Shown here piece after piece: positions 18,454 to 29,368 of a DNA stretch of 39,753 bases. The notes beneath the pieces are model-generated. The model made no database searches. It had not been told where the DNA came from and worked only from the letters and a program-made list of their open reading frames with translations. A program made the position numbers and the translations under genes. This stretch comes from an uncultured Bacilli bacterium (GTDB lineage Bacteria; Bacillota_I; Bacilli_A; RF39; UBA660). Each line of letters begins with the position of its first letter. Within the stretch, counting starts at the first letter, position 1. The DNA lies in contig CALVXR010000038.1 of the NCBI GenBank assembly GCA_944371445.1, positions 1 to 39,753 on the forward strand, in the 5' to 3' direction.

Positions 18454-19530
18454 TTATTTCCTTTCTAATAATTTTTTTGTTTGTTTAATTACATTATTAT
18501 AAAAGTCTTTATCATTAAAAACTTTTTTATTTTTAGATTTTATCGCTTCTATTATTTTATTATAAATATCTTCTTCATTTTTTTCACATAAGAAAACATA
18601 ATCTTCTAAATTAAATTTAGGTGAACTAACATTTATAGTTGTTACTACTTTTGTTTTTAATGTTAAAGCTTCTATAACAGTAACAGGAAATCCTTCATAA
18701 TTTGATGGAAGTACAAATACATCAGCTTTTTTTATGTAAGGATATGGATTACTTTTACTTCCTAACATAAAAATATTATCAAGCTTTTCTTTTTTTATGT
18801 AATTATCATATAAATTTTTATCTTCACCATCACCTATTATATATAAATTAATTTTTTCTTTATTTTCTTTAAATTTTTTCATTACTTTTAATAATCTAAG
18901 TAATGCTTTGGAATCTTCTTCTAATCTTCCTACAAAAACTAGATTTTTTCCTTCTTTAAAATTTTCTATTTTTTCTTTAGACTTTTCTTTTATTTCTTCA
19001 AAGGAATAAATATTATTAATAGTTTGTGATTTATCTTTTATATTAGGATATATTTCTATTAAATCTTTTCTTGATTCATTAGAAACAAAAACAATTTTAT
19101 CAAACTTTTCTATTTTTCTAGTATTAAAAAATTCTTTTACTTTATTTATATCTTCTTTATATACATATTTATAATTACTGTGAACAAAATAAATGCTTTC
19201 TTTACCTAAATATCTAGTTAAAATAGAAGATGGAATATCATATGTTGCATAACAAATAGATTTATCATATTTTTTATAATTCAATAATATATAAAAAATA
19301 AGGTGCAGACGATTCATAATTTTACGAATTAGTGCACACTTATTTTTAGATAACTTATATTCTTTTACTTTTATATTAGAGGGAACATCTTTTAAAAATA
19401 TTCCTTTTTTCTTTTGAAGAATTAATGTTACTTCATTTTTATTTAAATCTATATTTTTTAAAAGATTAATTAATGATTTTTCTATTCCCCCATAATCTAA
19501 AAAATAAGCTGTAATTAATATTTTTTGCAC
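18454..19530 (-). CDS. GT4 glycosyltransferase
   Basis: GGIEKS, FVGRL, NPYPY and YEGFPVTVIEA motifs. Confidence 0.93.
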   Translation of the reverse strand: MQKILITAYFLDYGGIEKSLINLLKNIDLNKNEVTLILQKKKGIFLKDVPSNIKVKEYKLSKNKCALIRKIMNRLHLIFYILLNYKKYDKSICYATYDIPSSILTRYLGKESIYFVHSNYKYVYKEDINKVKEFFNTRKIEKFDKIVFVSNESRKDLIEIYPNIKDKSQTINNIYSFEEIKEKSKEKIENFKEGKNLVFVGRLEEDSKALLRLLKVMKKFKENKEKINLYIIGDGEDKNLYDNYIKKEKLDNIFMLGSKSNPYPYIKKADVFVLPSNYEGFPVTVIEALTLKTKVVTTINVSSPKFNLEDYVFLCEKNEEDIYNKIIEAIKSKNKKVFNDKDFYNNVIKQTKKLLERK

Positions 19531-20354
19531 TATTTTTTTCCTTTTTTAGTAGTTTTTTTATTTTTATCTTGTTCTGCTTTTTCTTTTTTATGTTCTTCAT
19601 CTACTTGCTCTTGTGTTCTTCCCATTTGTTCAAAATAATATTTATCACACACTTCTTTTGTATCACCAATCATTTTGACATGTCCATGTTCAAGCCAAAC
19701 TACTCTATCACATAATTCTTCTATTGAAGCCATAGAATGTGATACATATAAAACTGTTGTTCCACCTTTTATCATTTCCATCATTTTTTGACGGCTTTTT
19801 TCTTGGAATTTAATATCACCTACTGATAATATCTCATCAACTATTAAGATTTCAGGGTTTACTATAGTAGAAATAGAAAATGCAAGTTTTGCAACCATAC
19901 CTGAAGAAAAGTTTTTAACTGGAGCATCTAAGAAATCTCTTAGTTCTGAAAACTCTACTATTTCTTCAAACTTGCTATCTAAGAATTGTTTAGAATAACC
20001 TAAAACAGCTCCATTTAAATATATATTTTCGCGTGCGGTAAGTTCAGGATCAAATCCTGCTCCAAGCTCAATCATCGGAGCAATTGATCCATTTACTGTA
20101 ACTTTTCCATTTGTTGGTTTCATAACCCCACTTACTACTTTTAAAAGAGTACTTTTTCCAGCACCATTACTTCCTATTAAACCAATAACTTCACCTTTAT
20201 TTACATGAAAAGATACATCTTTTAAAGCCCAAAAATATTCTTTTTTCTTACGTCTTTTTTTCTTATCAAACATTGATACAAAAAGCATTTTAAAAGAAAA
20301 GTTTTTTTCTATTCCCATATCAAATTTCATTGATACTTTATCTATATTTATCAT
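19530..20354 (-). CDS. Polysaccharide ABC exporter ATPase (Wzt/TagH/RgpD type)
   Basis: GSNGAGKST, GAGFDPELT, FSSGM and DEILSVGD motifs. Confidence 0.95.
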   Translation of the reverse strand: MINIDKVSMKFDMGIEKNFSFKMLFVSMFDKKKRRKKKEYFWALKDVSFHVNKGEVIGLIGSNGAGKSTLLKVVSGVMKPTNGKVTVNGSIAPMIELGAGFDPELTARENIYLNGAVLGYSKQFLDSKFEEIVEFSELRDFLDAPVKNFSSGMVAKLAFSISTIVNPEILIVDEILSVGDIKFQEKSRQKMMEMIKGGTTVLYVSHSMASIEELCDRVVWLEHGHVKMIGDTKEVCDKYYFEQMGRTQEQVDEEHKKEKAEQDKNKKTTKKGKK

Positions 20355-20363
20355 GTTTACCTC

Positions 20364-21170
20364 CTATACATAGTATATAAATTGATCTTGTTTTTTCTTA
20401 AATGCAATTCCACCTACTAAAAGCATTGCAAAAGCGATTACTCCGCAAAGTGCTAAATTAGTAAGTCCTGGTGATCTATGAAATAAAATTATTTCTCTTG
20501 CACTATTTATAAAAATATATAATGGATTTAATTTAAATAATCCTCTATATGCTTCTGGTATAATTGTTAAATCATAGAATACTGGAGTTAAATAGTTCCA
20601 TAGTGTAAGTACTATTCCATATATATAGAACATATCTCTAAAGAATATTGAAATAGTAGAAAGTAAAAGTCCCATACCTATAGTAAATAAAATTAAACAA
20701 GCAAATATATATGGAAGAAGTAAATACCAGAATGTTATAACGCATTTAGTATCACCGCTACCTGTAATTAATATTATTACTAAAAGTGGTATTAATGTAA
20801 GAACAAAGTTAATTGCAACAAAAAGTGCTTTAGCTATTGGGAATATATATTTTGGAATATATACTTTTGTCATAAGTGGAAAGTTAGTTACAACTGAAGA
20901 CATTGATAAATTAGATGCTTCACTGAAATAATTCCACATTACAAGTCCAGTCATTAAATAAACTAAATAGTTTACACCTTCTACTTTAAACTTAAACATT
21001 TGTGAGAATACTAGTGCCATTACAGCCATCATAAGTACTGGATATAAAAGGCTCCATACAACTCCTAGTACACTTCTTTTGTATTTTACTTTAAAATCTC
21101 TCATTATTAATTGTTTCATTAAAAATGAATAATGTTTGAAATTGGCAATTATATTTTTAAGTGCTGTCAT
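20364..21170 (-). CDS. Polysaccharide ABC exporter permease (Wzm/TagG/RgpC type)
   Basis: RDFKVKYKRSVLGVVW, FRD, YLTPVFY and LNP motifs. Confidence 0.95.
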   Translation of the reverse strand: MTALKNIIANFKHYSFLMKQLIMRDFKVKYKRSVLGVVWSLLYPVLMMAVMALVFSQMFKFKVEGVNYLVYLMTGLVMWNYFSEASNLSMSSVVTNFPLMTKVYIPKYIFPIAKALFVAINFVLTLIPLLVIILITGSGDTKCVITFWYLLLPYIFACLILFTIGMGLLLSTISIFFRDMFYIYGIVLTLWNYLTPVFYDLTIIPEAYRGLFKLNPLYIFINSAREIILFHRSPGLTNLALCGVIAFAMLLVGGIAFKKKQDQFIYYV

Positions 21171-21178
21171 ATTTCCTC

Positions 21179-22129
21179 CTACTTTTTAATTAAAAGACAA
21201 TATATATTAGTAAATATTTTATTGTTTTTAACTATTCTTTTTAAAATACTTTCTTCTTTATATAATTTATTGTCTTTCCATGATGGATAATTTTCATTTA
21301 AATATTTGTATCCATCTTCTATAAATTTTTTTCTAACATTTTTATCTATTTGATATTTTTGTCTAAGCATATATCTTGTTATTTGCATAATGTTTAAATA
21401 TTCAATTACTTCTTTATCTACTTTTTTCTTATTTGCATATTTATTCACTATATCCATAATGCTAAAAATATCATAAACTCTAGAATCCATTGTAGTTGTT
21501 TCACTACCTTCATGTATTCGATAATAATAATATGATTTTTTTATATGTCCTATCTTACTTGATTCTAATAAAGATTTACATACAAATGGCATATCTTCAT
21601 ATTTTAAACTCTCTTCAAATAAAATATTTTTATCTATAATCATACTTCTTAAAAAGATTTTATTACATGGACCATAATCGTCAAAAACAAGTAAATTAGG
21701 ATTTTCTTTTATATTTGAGATATCAAAATAAGGTGTTTCAAATAAATATTTTCTGCTAGAATTTATTTTATAATAGTTTCCAGTTACAAATGATAAATTG
21801 TTTTTTTTAGCATATTCATAATATCTTTGATACATTTTAGAATCAACATAATCATCTGCATCTACAAATCCTATATATTCTCCTTTTGCTTTTAAAATAC
21901 CTTTATTTCTAGTAGCACCTATCCCTAAATTCTTTTTATTCTCTATATAAATAATATTTTTATATTTCTTTTTATAATTTAATATTATTTCTTTACTTTT
22001 ATCAGTACTAGCATCATTTACAATAATTATCTCTATTTCTTTTAATGTTTGTTTTATCAAACTATTTAAACATTTTCTAAGTTCTTTACTTTTATTGTAA
22101 ACAGGTACTATAATACTAACTTTTATCAT
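21179..22129 (-). CDS. GT2 glycosyltransferase
   Basis: VSIIVPVYN, NDASTD, FVDADD and YED motifs; ATG 22129 follows AAGGAAAG. Confidence 0.93.
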   Translation of the reverse strand: MIKVSIIVPVYNKSKELRKCLNSLIKQTLKEIEIIIVNDASTDKSKEIILNYKKKYKNIIYIENKKNLGIGATRNKGILKAKGEYIGFVDADDYVDSKMYQRYYEYAKKNNLSFVTGNYYKINSSRKYLFETPYFDISNIKENPNLLVFDDYGPCNKIFLRSMIIDKNILFEESLKYEDMPFVCKSLLESSKIGHIKKSYYYYRIHEGSETTTMDSRVYDIFSIMDIVNKYANKKKVDKEVIEYLNIMQITRYMLRQKYQIDKNVRKKFIEDGYKYLNENYPSWKDNKLYKEESILKRIVKNNKIFTNIYCLLIKK

Positions 22130-22182
22130 ATTATCACTTTCCTTACCCATTATACATTATTTTTCCTAATATTACAAATACT

Positions 22183-23490
22183 CTAAAAAGGCATTTTAAA
22201 ATTTCCATTTTTAAATTTTTTCATCATTATTTTCATTTGTTCAAATTGTTTTAAAAGTCTGTTTACTTCTTCTACACTTCGAGCACTACCTTTAGCTATT
22301 CTTTGTTTTCTAGATGCTTTTAATATTTCAGGGTGTCTTCTTTCATATGGTGTCATTGATAATATTATTGCTTCTATATGAGCTATATCTTTTGGATCAA
22401 TTTTTACATTGTTAAGTCCCATCTTAGAAGCTCCTGGAATCATTTTAATTAAATTTTCAAGTGGTCCTAGTTTTTTTATTTGTTTAAATTGTACTAGGAA
22501 GTCTTCTAAATCAAATTTACCACTCTGCATTTTTTTAGCTGCTTTTTCTGCTTCATCTTTATCTATTACACTTTCAGCTTTTTCTATCATAGATAGTAAA
22601 TCTCCCATACCAAGTATTCTTGAGGCCATTCTATCTGGATGAAAAGCTTCTAAACCATCCATTTTTTCTGATACACCAATAAATTTTATAGGTACATTAG
22701 TTAAATGTCTAATTGAAAGAGCAGCACCACCTTTAGTATCACCATCTAATTTAGTTAAAATAGCTCCTGTAAGTGAAAGTCTTTCATTAAATCCTGTTAT
22801 TACATTAATAGCATCTTGTCCTGTCATACTGTCTATTACAAGTATTGTTTCATCTGGATTTACCTCTTTAGTAATATTTTCAAGTTCTTCCATTAATTTT
22901 TCATCTATATGAAGCCTACCAGCTGTATCTATAAGTACATAATCATATCCATTTTCTTTAGCATAGTTAATTGCATTTTTAGAAATAATAACTGGATCAT
23001 TATTTCCTTCTTCATATACTGGAATTGAAAGTTCCTTTCCAAGTTGTTTTAACTGATCTATAGCAGCAGGTCTATATACATCACATGCTACTAAAAGAGG
23101 TTTTTTCTTTTCTTTTTTTCTCAAATAATTAGCAAGTTTAGCATTGGTTGTTGTTTTACCACTACCTTGAAGTCCTACAAGCATAAGTACTGCTGGATTT
23201 CCTTTTGTATTAAGTGGTGCACTATCACCACCTAAAAGTTCTACAAGTTCATCTTTTACTATTTTTACAAAAACTTCACCTGGTTTTAAACTTTTAGCAA
23301 CTTCTTCACCAAGGGCTTTCTCTTTTACATTATTTATAAACTCTTTAACTACTTTATAGTTAACATCTGCTTCTAATAAAGCAAGTCTTATTTCTCTTGT
23401 TACTTCACTGATATTATCTTCAGTTAATTTCCCGTATCCTTTTATTTTATCAACAGCTCTTGTAAGTCTCTCTCCTAAATTTTCAAACAT
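22183..23490 (-). CDS. ffh: Signal recognition particle protein Ffh
   Basis: ALLEADV, GLQGSGKTTT, DTAGR, TKLDGD and a Met-rich M domain. Confidence 0.98.
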   Translation of the reverse strand: MFENLGERLTRAVDKIKGYGKLTEDNISEVTREIRLALLEADVNYKVVKEFINNVKEKALGEEVAKSLKPGEVFVKIVKDELVELLGGDSAPLNTKGNPAVLMLVGLQGSGKTTTNAKLANYLRKKEKKKPLLVACDVYRPAAIDQLKQLGKELSIPVYEEGNNDPVIISKNAINYAKENGYDYVLIDTAGRLHIDEKLMEELENITKEVNPDETILVIDSMTGQDAINVITGFNERLSLTGAILTKLDGDTKGGAALSIRHLTNVPIKFIGVSEKMDGLEAFHPDRMASRILGMGDLLSMIEKAESVIDKDEAEKAAKKMQSGKFDLEDFLVQFKQIKKLGPLENLIKMIPGASKMGLNNVKIDPKDIAHIEAIILSMTPYERRHPEILKASRKQRIAKGSARSVEEVNRLLKQFEQMKIMMKKFKNGNFKMPF

Positions 23491-23598
23491 ATTGCCTCCT
23501 CATATTTATCATATTCGCCTATATATTATATAATAAAATGAAGTAAATTACCAGTTTTTTAAGGTAAATTTAGTAAATAAAAGAAAAACAAAGCATAT

Positions 23599-24642
23599 TT
23601 AGCTTTGCTTATCTTGATTATTATCATTAATTATTGAATTTGTTATATCCTGATCCATATTATTTTCGTTTGCTTTTTCATTATTAGTTAAATTTGTTAT
23701 ATCTTGATTAATGTTACTATCATTCACTTTTTCATTAAAATTTTGAACATCTGTTATTTTTTTTAAAGATGTTTGAGTATTATATAAATCCATTATTCCT
23801 TGATTACCATTATTTTTTAATATTTCTTTATTTAAAGTATTAAAATCAGTTGGATTTTCTTCATCCTTATTTAAGTTACTATTTGATTTATCTTTTTTAT
23901 TTGAAATGATTGCTGCTAAAACAATTACAAAAACTATGATAATTCCTATTATAAGTGAAATAGTTAACATTGTGTTTTGAGGAAATTTAAATTCAAAAGT
24001 AATATTTTCTCCACTTAGTTTCATTAAATCCCATGTAAGCGTTTTTCCATCTTCTGATACGGATGTTGCATTACTACTTATAGCTTTATTTGGAAGAGTA
24101 ACTATAAGTTTCATATCAATTCCCATATTACTTGGTATAGTTGAACTATCATATTCGCCATTGGTATCAAATGGTAACACTGCTTTGTAAACATCTTTAT
24201 TTTTTATAAATAATTTAGAATCTGCTATCTCTGTTATATCACTTGCATCTAATTCATTTTCATTTTTAACAGTTATTTCATCAATACTAGCTATTTTACC
24301 CGTAAAAATATAACCTTTAAAACCATCTTTTTCATATTTTTCAGCTTTTAAATTACTTTCATTTGCTTCTTTAAATAAACTATCTTCTCCATCTTTTAAA
24401 CTTTTTTCTAAGAAGTCCCATCTTTCTTCATCTGTATATTCCTCTGTATTTTCGGTAAGACTATCTTCTTCTTTATCTGAAGTTATCATCATATCTATAA
24501 GTTCATCATCAAATGCTGATATAAAACTTAATTCTAAAGATTTGTTTTTATTAATTTTCATAGTAATTTCTTGTTTCATTGCACAACCACTAAGTAAAAT
24601 AACTGTAAACATAATAACCATTAACCAATTTAGTTTTTTCAT
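23599..24642 (-). CDS. Lipoprotein with C-terminal TM helix and Asn-rich tail (LppM-like)
   Basis: MKK + hydrophobic stretch + LLSGC lipobox; VTLP..AISSNAT...GKTLTW; TM near residue 235. Confidence 0.7.
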   Translation of the reverse strand: MKKLNWLMVIMFTVILLSGCAMKQEITMKINKNKSLELSFISAFDDELIDMMITSDKEEDSLTENTEEYTDEERWDFLEKSLKDGEDSLFKEANESNLKAEKYEKDGFKGYIFTGKIASIDEITVKNENELDASDITEIADSKLFIKNKDVYKAVLPFDTNGEYDSSTIPSNMGIDMKLIVTLPNKAISSNATSVSEDGKTLTWDLMKLSGENITFEFKFPQNTMLTISLIIGIIIVFVIVLAAIISNKKDKSNSNLNKDEENPTDFNTLNKEILKNNGNQGIMDLYNTQTSLKKITDVQNFNEKVNDSNINQDITNLTNNEKANENNMDQDITNSIINDNNQDKQS

Positions 24643-24710
24643 AAAACACACTCCCTTTAACATTACTCTTCCTCTTATTATAAGGATATCATATTTTTAA
24701 AAGGTTGTCT

Positions 24711-25601
24711 TTATTTTTTTAAATATTTTTTTACTTTTCTTTCTTCTAAATCTTCACAAACTTTTTCTAAAATTTGCTTTTTACTATTTTCTAAATTTTC
24801 TTTTAATTTTATTAATTTAGTTGTTAAATTTGATCTTAAGTTTTTTTCACTATCTAAAGATGTTGTATCTAATCTTAATAGTTCTCCTGTATTAACCATT
24901 TTTCCATTATAATCTAAAGCAAAAGTTTTTATTTTACTTTTTTTATTAATCAATTTTTTAGTACTTGTTTTCATAAAATTAGATTTAACATTACTTTCTT
25001 TAAAATATGATACTTCATTATTTAAAAATTCTAATTTATTTAAGTTTATACTGCTATTTTTTACTATAATATATTTAATATCTAAACTAGTATCAAATAT
25101 ATTAATTTTACTATCTTCTAATTCAAACTTATTTGCTTTAAAACTAATAACTAATCCTTTATTATAAATGGTTTCATTTTTAAATTTAATATGATTTACT
25201 GTTCCTCCAATACTAGTTCCTGTATTATCTTTTATATTTTCTTTTGTATAAATATTGTTTTCAAGCTCTATTTTACCACCGATAAAATTTATTGGAGAAT
25301 CTATATAAGAATTTTTTATAATAACATTAGAATTATCACTACTAATTATTTTTATTTTTTTATAAATGTACAAGTCATTTATAATATAATTTACCGTGCT
25401 ATTAGGGACTTTAGGTTTTATAAAATATACATTATTATCATATAGACATTTTTGTGATACATATATATTTATAATAATTTTGCCTTTATCTAAAACAACT
25501 TCACATTTACCAATTCTTTTTTGTTCAAAATAAATTAGTATTTCTAATATTTTTTTTACAATTTTTTCTTTTATTCTCTTAAATGTTTTTTTTAATTTCA
25601 T
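24711..25601 (-). CDS. Hypothetical protein, possible beta-solenoid
   Basis: 296-aa ORF, AAGGAAG RBS; recurring I-x-N/D-S-x-I strands. Confidence 0.65.
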   Translation of the reverse strand: MKLKKTFKRIKEKIVKKILEILIYFEQKRIGKCEVVLDKGKIIINIYVSQKCLYDNNVYFIKPKVPNSTVNYIINDLYIYKKIKIISSDNSNVIIKNSYIDSPINFIGGKIELENNIYTKENIKDNTGTSIGGTVNHIKFKNETIYNKGLVISFKANKFELEDSKINIFDTSLDIKYIIVKNSSINLNKLEFLNNEVSYFKESNVKSNFMKTSTKKLINKKSKIKTFALDYNGKMVNTGELLRLDTTSLDSEKNLRSNLTTKLIKLKENLENSKKQILEKVCEDLEERKVKKYLKK

Positions 25602-25682
25602 AAAACTCTTCCTTTCGGCTATATATTATAAAACAAAAAACAATATTAAGCAATAAACTTAAATATTGTTCTTATCATTTGA

Positions 25683-27794
25683 TTATTTAATTATTAAATT
25701 ATTATCTTTTACATCAACTTCTATAGTAGAATTAAATTTTATTTTATCAGCTATAATATTTTGAGCAATTAAAGTTTCTAAGTTTCTAGATACAAATCTT
25801 TTTATAGGTCTTGCCCCAAATCTTTCATCATAAGCGTTTTCTATTATATATTCTCTTGCTTCTTTAGATAAATTTATTTTAATTTTTTTATCACTTAAAC
25901 GATTTTCTATTTCTTTTATTATTTTATCTAATATATCATAAACAACTTCTTTAGAAAGTGAGTTAAATACTATTATTTCATCTATACGATTTATAAACTC
26001 TGGTTTAAATGAATGTTTTAATTCTTCCATAACTAATTTATCTGCATTTTCTTTATTTTCCAATATATGTTCACTACCTAAATTAGAAGTCATTATAATT
26101 ATTGTATTTTTAAAGTCTACAGTTCTTCCTTGTGAATTTGTAATTCTACCATCATCTAGTATTTGAAGCAAAATATTAAATACGTCTTTATGAGCTTTTT
26201 CTATTTCGTCAAATAAAACTATACTATATGGATTTCTTCTAACTGCTTCAGTAAGCTGTCCACCTTCGTCATAACCTACATAGCCAGGAGGAGCACCAAC
26301 TAATCTCGATACTGAATGCATTTCCATGTATTCACTCATATCTATTCTTACCATATGTCTTTCATCATCAAAAAGTTCATATGCAAGTGATCTAGCAACT
26401 TCAGTTTTACCTACACCTGTTGGTCCTAAAAATATAAATGAACCAATTGGTCTATTAGGATCTTTTATTCCTGCTCTACTTCTAAGTATAGCTTCACTTA
26501 CAAGTTTTAATGCTTTATCTTGTCCTTTAACTCTTTTTCTAAGATTTTCCTCTAAATGTAAAAGTTTTTCTTTTTCTGTCCCTACTAATTTACTAACAGG
26601 GATATTAGTCCATTTAGAAATAATAGATGCGATTGATTCTTCATCAACAGTATCACTTAATATTTTAGAATTGTCTTGTTTTCTAAGAGCCTCTAGTTCA
26701 CTTTCAAGCTTAGGAAGAACACCATGTCTTATTTTAGCAGCCTCTTCTAGATTATATTCATTTTCAGCTTGCTCTAATTTAAATTTATTTTTTTCAATCT
26801 CTTCTTTCTTTTTATTTATTTTATCATTAATACTTTTTTCTTCTTCCCAAGATTTTCTAAGTTCTTTTTCTTTTTCTTTCATTTCTGATAATTTTTTATC
26901 TATTTCTTCTACTCTTTTTACTGATATATCATCTTTTTCTTTTTTTAGTGCTTGTCTTTCTACTTCAAGCCTCATAATGTTTCTAGATAATGTATCTAGT
27001 TCTGTTGGAACTGAATCCATTTGTACTCTTATAGTAGCACATGCTTCATCAATTAAATCAATTGCTTTATCAGGTAAAAATCTATCTGTTATATATCTAT
27101 CTGATAAAGTTGCTGCTGCTACTATTGCTTTATCTTTAATGTTTACGCCGTGGTAAACTTCAAATCTTTTTTTAAGACCTCTTAAAATTGTAATAGTATC
27201 AAGTACATTTGGTTCTTTTACAAGTACTTTTTGAAATCTACGTTCAAGTGCTCCATCTTTTTCAATGTATTTACGATATTCATTTAAAGTAGTTGCACCA
27301 ATTACATGAATTTCACCTCTTGCAAGCATTGGTTTAAGCATATTTCCAGCATCCATTGCTCCTTCTAGGGCACCTGCTCCTACTATCATATGAATTTCAT
27401 CTATAAACATAATAATGTCACCATTACTATCTTTTACTTCTTTTAATACCGCTTTTAATCTTTCTTCAAATTCACCACGATATTTAGCACCAGCTATTAA
27501 CGCTCCCATATCAAGTTCCCAAATTGTTTTACCTTTTAATGATGCAGGAACATCCCCTTTTACTATTCTTTGAGCTAATCCTTCTATAATAGCAGTTTTA
27601 CCAACACCTGGTTCTCCTATTAATACTGGATTATTTTTAGTTTTACGAGAAAGTATACGAGTAATAGAGCGAATCTCATCATCTCTACCTATTACAGGAT
27701 CTACTTTACCATCTTTAACACTTTGAACAATATTTCTACCATATTTTTCAAGTGGTTTTTGTAAATTTTCTTCATAAGGATTTACTCCATTCAT
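25683..27794 (-). CDS. clpB: ClpB disaggregase lacking the N-terminal Clp_N domain
   Basis: GEPGVGKT and GPTGVGKT Walker A motifs, long coiled-coil middle domain, GYVG pore loop; the protein starts just before NBD1. Confidence 0.95.
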   Translation of the reverse strand: MNGVNPYEENLQKPLEKYGRNIVQSVKDGKVDPVIGRDDEIRSITRILSRKTKNNPVLIGEPGVGKTAIIEGLAQRIVKGDVPASLKGKTIWELDMGALIAGAKYRGEFEERLKAVLKEVKDSNGDIIMFIDEIHMIVGAGALEGAMDAGNMLKPMLARGEIHVIGATTLNEYRKYIEKDGALERRFQKVLVKEPNVLDTITILRGLKKRFEVYHGVNIKDKAIVAAATLSDRYITDRFLPDKAIDLIDEACATIRVQMDSVPTELDTLSRNIMRLEVERQALKKEKDDISVKRVEEIDKKLSEMKEKEKELRKSWEEEKSINDKINKKKEEIEKNKFKLEQAENEYNLEEAAKIRHGVLPKLESELEALRKQDNSKILSDTVDEESIASIISKWTNIPVSKLVGTEKEKLLHLEENLRKRVKGQDKALKLVSEAILRSRAGIKDPNRPIGSFIFLGPTGVGKTEVARSLAYELFDDERHMVRIDMSEYMEMHSVSRLVGAPPGYVGYDEGGQLTEAVRRNPYSIVLFDEIEKAHKDVFNILLQILDDGRITNSQGRTVDFKNTIIIMTSNLGSEHILENKENADKLVMEELKHSFKPEFINRIDEIIVFNSLSKEVVYDILDKIIKEIENRLSDKKIKINLSKEAREYIIENAYDERFGARPIKRFVSRNLETLIAQNIIADKIKFNSTIEVDVKDNNLIIK

Positions 27795-27835
27795 ACATAT
27801 CCCTCCATTCTAGTAGTATTCAAACTACTAAATGA

Positions 27836-27877
27836 ATTATATACCTATTATTAGCACTTGTCAAGTAAGAGTGCTAA
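27836..27877 (-). promoter_or_regulatory. CIRCE (HrcA operator) overlapping a consensus sigma-A promoter of clpB
   Basis: TTAGCACTC-N9-AAGTGCTAA (27851-27877, minus strand); TTGACA 27859-64, 17 nt, TATAAT 27836-41. Confidence 0.93.
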
Positions 27878-27920
27878 TAAAATATAAATTTATTTTATAT
27901 ACTTAATAATTGTTATTAAT

Positions 27921-27948
27921 TTGACAAAAAATTTATTACTATTATAAT
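27921..27948 (+). promoter_or_regulatory. Sigma-A promoter of the Fic gene
   Basis: TTGACA-16-TATAAT. Confidence 0.75.
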
Positions 27949-27973
27949 ATTAGTCCAAAAGAGGTGAATAACT

Positions 27974-28780
27974 ATGAATAATGATGAAGCAAGATTTTTT
28001 ATAAAAAAAGTGATGGATGGATACAAAAAAAGAAAAAAAGAAAATAACCTTTATTCTAGTGATAATTTTATTCCAGAAAATATAATTACAACATATTATG
28101 GATTTGTAGATAAACCTAAATTTTCTTATATAATAAAAGAATATAAAAAACAATTTATCTTTAATGAGGCCAGAATTGAAACAAATGTTAGTAAAGAAGA
28201 ACAAATGGGGCTAGGAGAAATTTACGATTACATTGAAAATTTTGATTTTTCTAAAGATTATTTTAATATCTTTGTAACATCTTTACTACTTCATCAAAAA
28301 CTATATTCAAAATGCCCAGATCCTAGTTTTGGAGGGAGTTTACGTGATACTGATCCTATCATGTATGATTTAAATATGGAAATTCCAACTGCTAGTGAAG
28401 CAAAAAAAATATTTAATTCGTATATAAGCAGTTCAAATGATATATTTAAACCTCTTGAAAGTAACGACATTTTTGGATATATAAATAATTGTGTTATATT
28501 AGTAACGAATTTAATTAAATTACAACCTTTTGCTGACGGTAATAAAAGAACATTTAGAGCTTTATTAGCATTACTGTTAAAAAAAATAGATATACCACCT
28601 ATATATGTTGAAATTAGTGAAAGAGACGAATATAAAGAATGCTTAATAAGAGGAATGAAATATGAAGATTATACTAGTATAATTAGATTTTATTATTATA
28701 AAATCTGTGATGCAATTATGACACTTGATATAGAAAAGTCGCATATTAATGAAAGTGAAAAAATTTTTCAAAAGAAATAA
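27974..28780 (+). CDS. Fic/Doc-family protein with non-canonical active site
   Basis: LQPFADGNKRTFR versus HPFxDGN(G/K)RxxR; LLHQKL and GGSLR upstream. Confidence 0.88.
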   Translation: MNNDEARFFIKKVMDGYKKRKKENNLYSSDNFIPENIITTYYGFVDKPKFSYIIKEYKKQFIFNEARIETNVSKEEQMGLGEIYDYIENFDFSKDYFNIFVTSLLLHQKLYSKCPDPSFGGSLRDTDPIMYDLNMEIPTASEAKKIFNSYISSSNDIFKPLESNDIFGYINNCVILVTNLIKLQPFADGNKRTFRALLALLLKKIDIPPIYVEISERDEYKECLIRGMKYEDYTSIIRFYYYKICDAIMTLDIEKSHINESEKIFQKK

Positions 28781-28795
28781 TATAGAGTTTTAACT

Positions 28796-29302
28796 CTATA
28801 TTTTATTTTCGACAAAATCAATTATTTTATCTAATCTATCAATCACATAAAATCCTTTACTCTCTAAGTCTAAATTAAATCTAACACCAATTCCCCCTTC
28901 TTTTTCCCATTCTACTAAATTTTTAGAAAAATCATCAATAAGAATTGCGTCTTTAGCAGAAACCATCTTTGTTTTAGATATTTTCTTAGGAACTGTAATA
29001 ATTGTAATATCATCTAAATATTTTCTTAAATATTTTATTTTTTCTTCTGCTTCATAAAGTGTTGTTACATGTGTTAATATGTTAACATAAAATAAACCAC
29101 TATTAACTAATTTTTTTATATTTTCAAAACTATTATTAATTTGTTTAGAATCATTTAAAAATTTTTTCCAATCAAGTTTGCTATAAAACTGTGCTACTGC
29201 ATCATAATCTTTTGTATCAATACCTTCTTTTCTAATCATTTCATAAGAAGTTTCTATAGTATCAACAATTACACCATCAAAATCAATATATAAATTTATC
29301 AT
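28796..29302 (-). CDS. HAD-superfamily phosphatase (5'(3')-deoxyribonucleotidase-like)
   Basis: YIDFDGV, ILT, ILIDD and NLVEW...GGIG motifs; ATG 29302 follows AGGTGA. Confidence 0.85.
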   Translation of the reverse strand: MINLYIDFDGVIVDTIETSYEMIRKEGIDTKDYDAVAQFYSKLDWKKFLNDSKQINNSFENIKKLVNSGLFYVNILTHVTTLYEAEEKIKYLRKYLDDITIITVPKKISKTKMVSAKDAILIDDFSKNLVEWEKEGGIGVRFNLDLESKGFYVIDRLDKIIDFVENKI

Positions 29303-29318
29303 AATATCACCTAAAAAG

Positions 29319-29347
29319 ATTGTAACACATACATTAGTTCGTGTCAA
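29319..29347 (-). promoter_or_regulatory. Sigma-A promoter with LexA-box-like site in the spacer
   Basis: TTGACA-17-TACAAT with extended TG; CGAACTAATGTATG at 29328-29341. Confidence 0.65.
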
Positions 29348-29368
29348 TAAAAAAATAAAAACAACTGA

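Noticed and set aside
26326-27156. 276-aa + strand ORF
   Set aside because: Antisense shadow of clpB, Ser/Phe-rich with no RBS. The same applies to the ORFs at 252, 12511, 15600, 17440, 22409, 25191, 27950, 31409 and 38448-39646.
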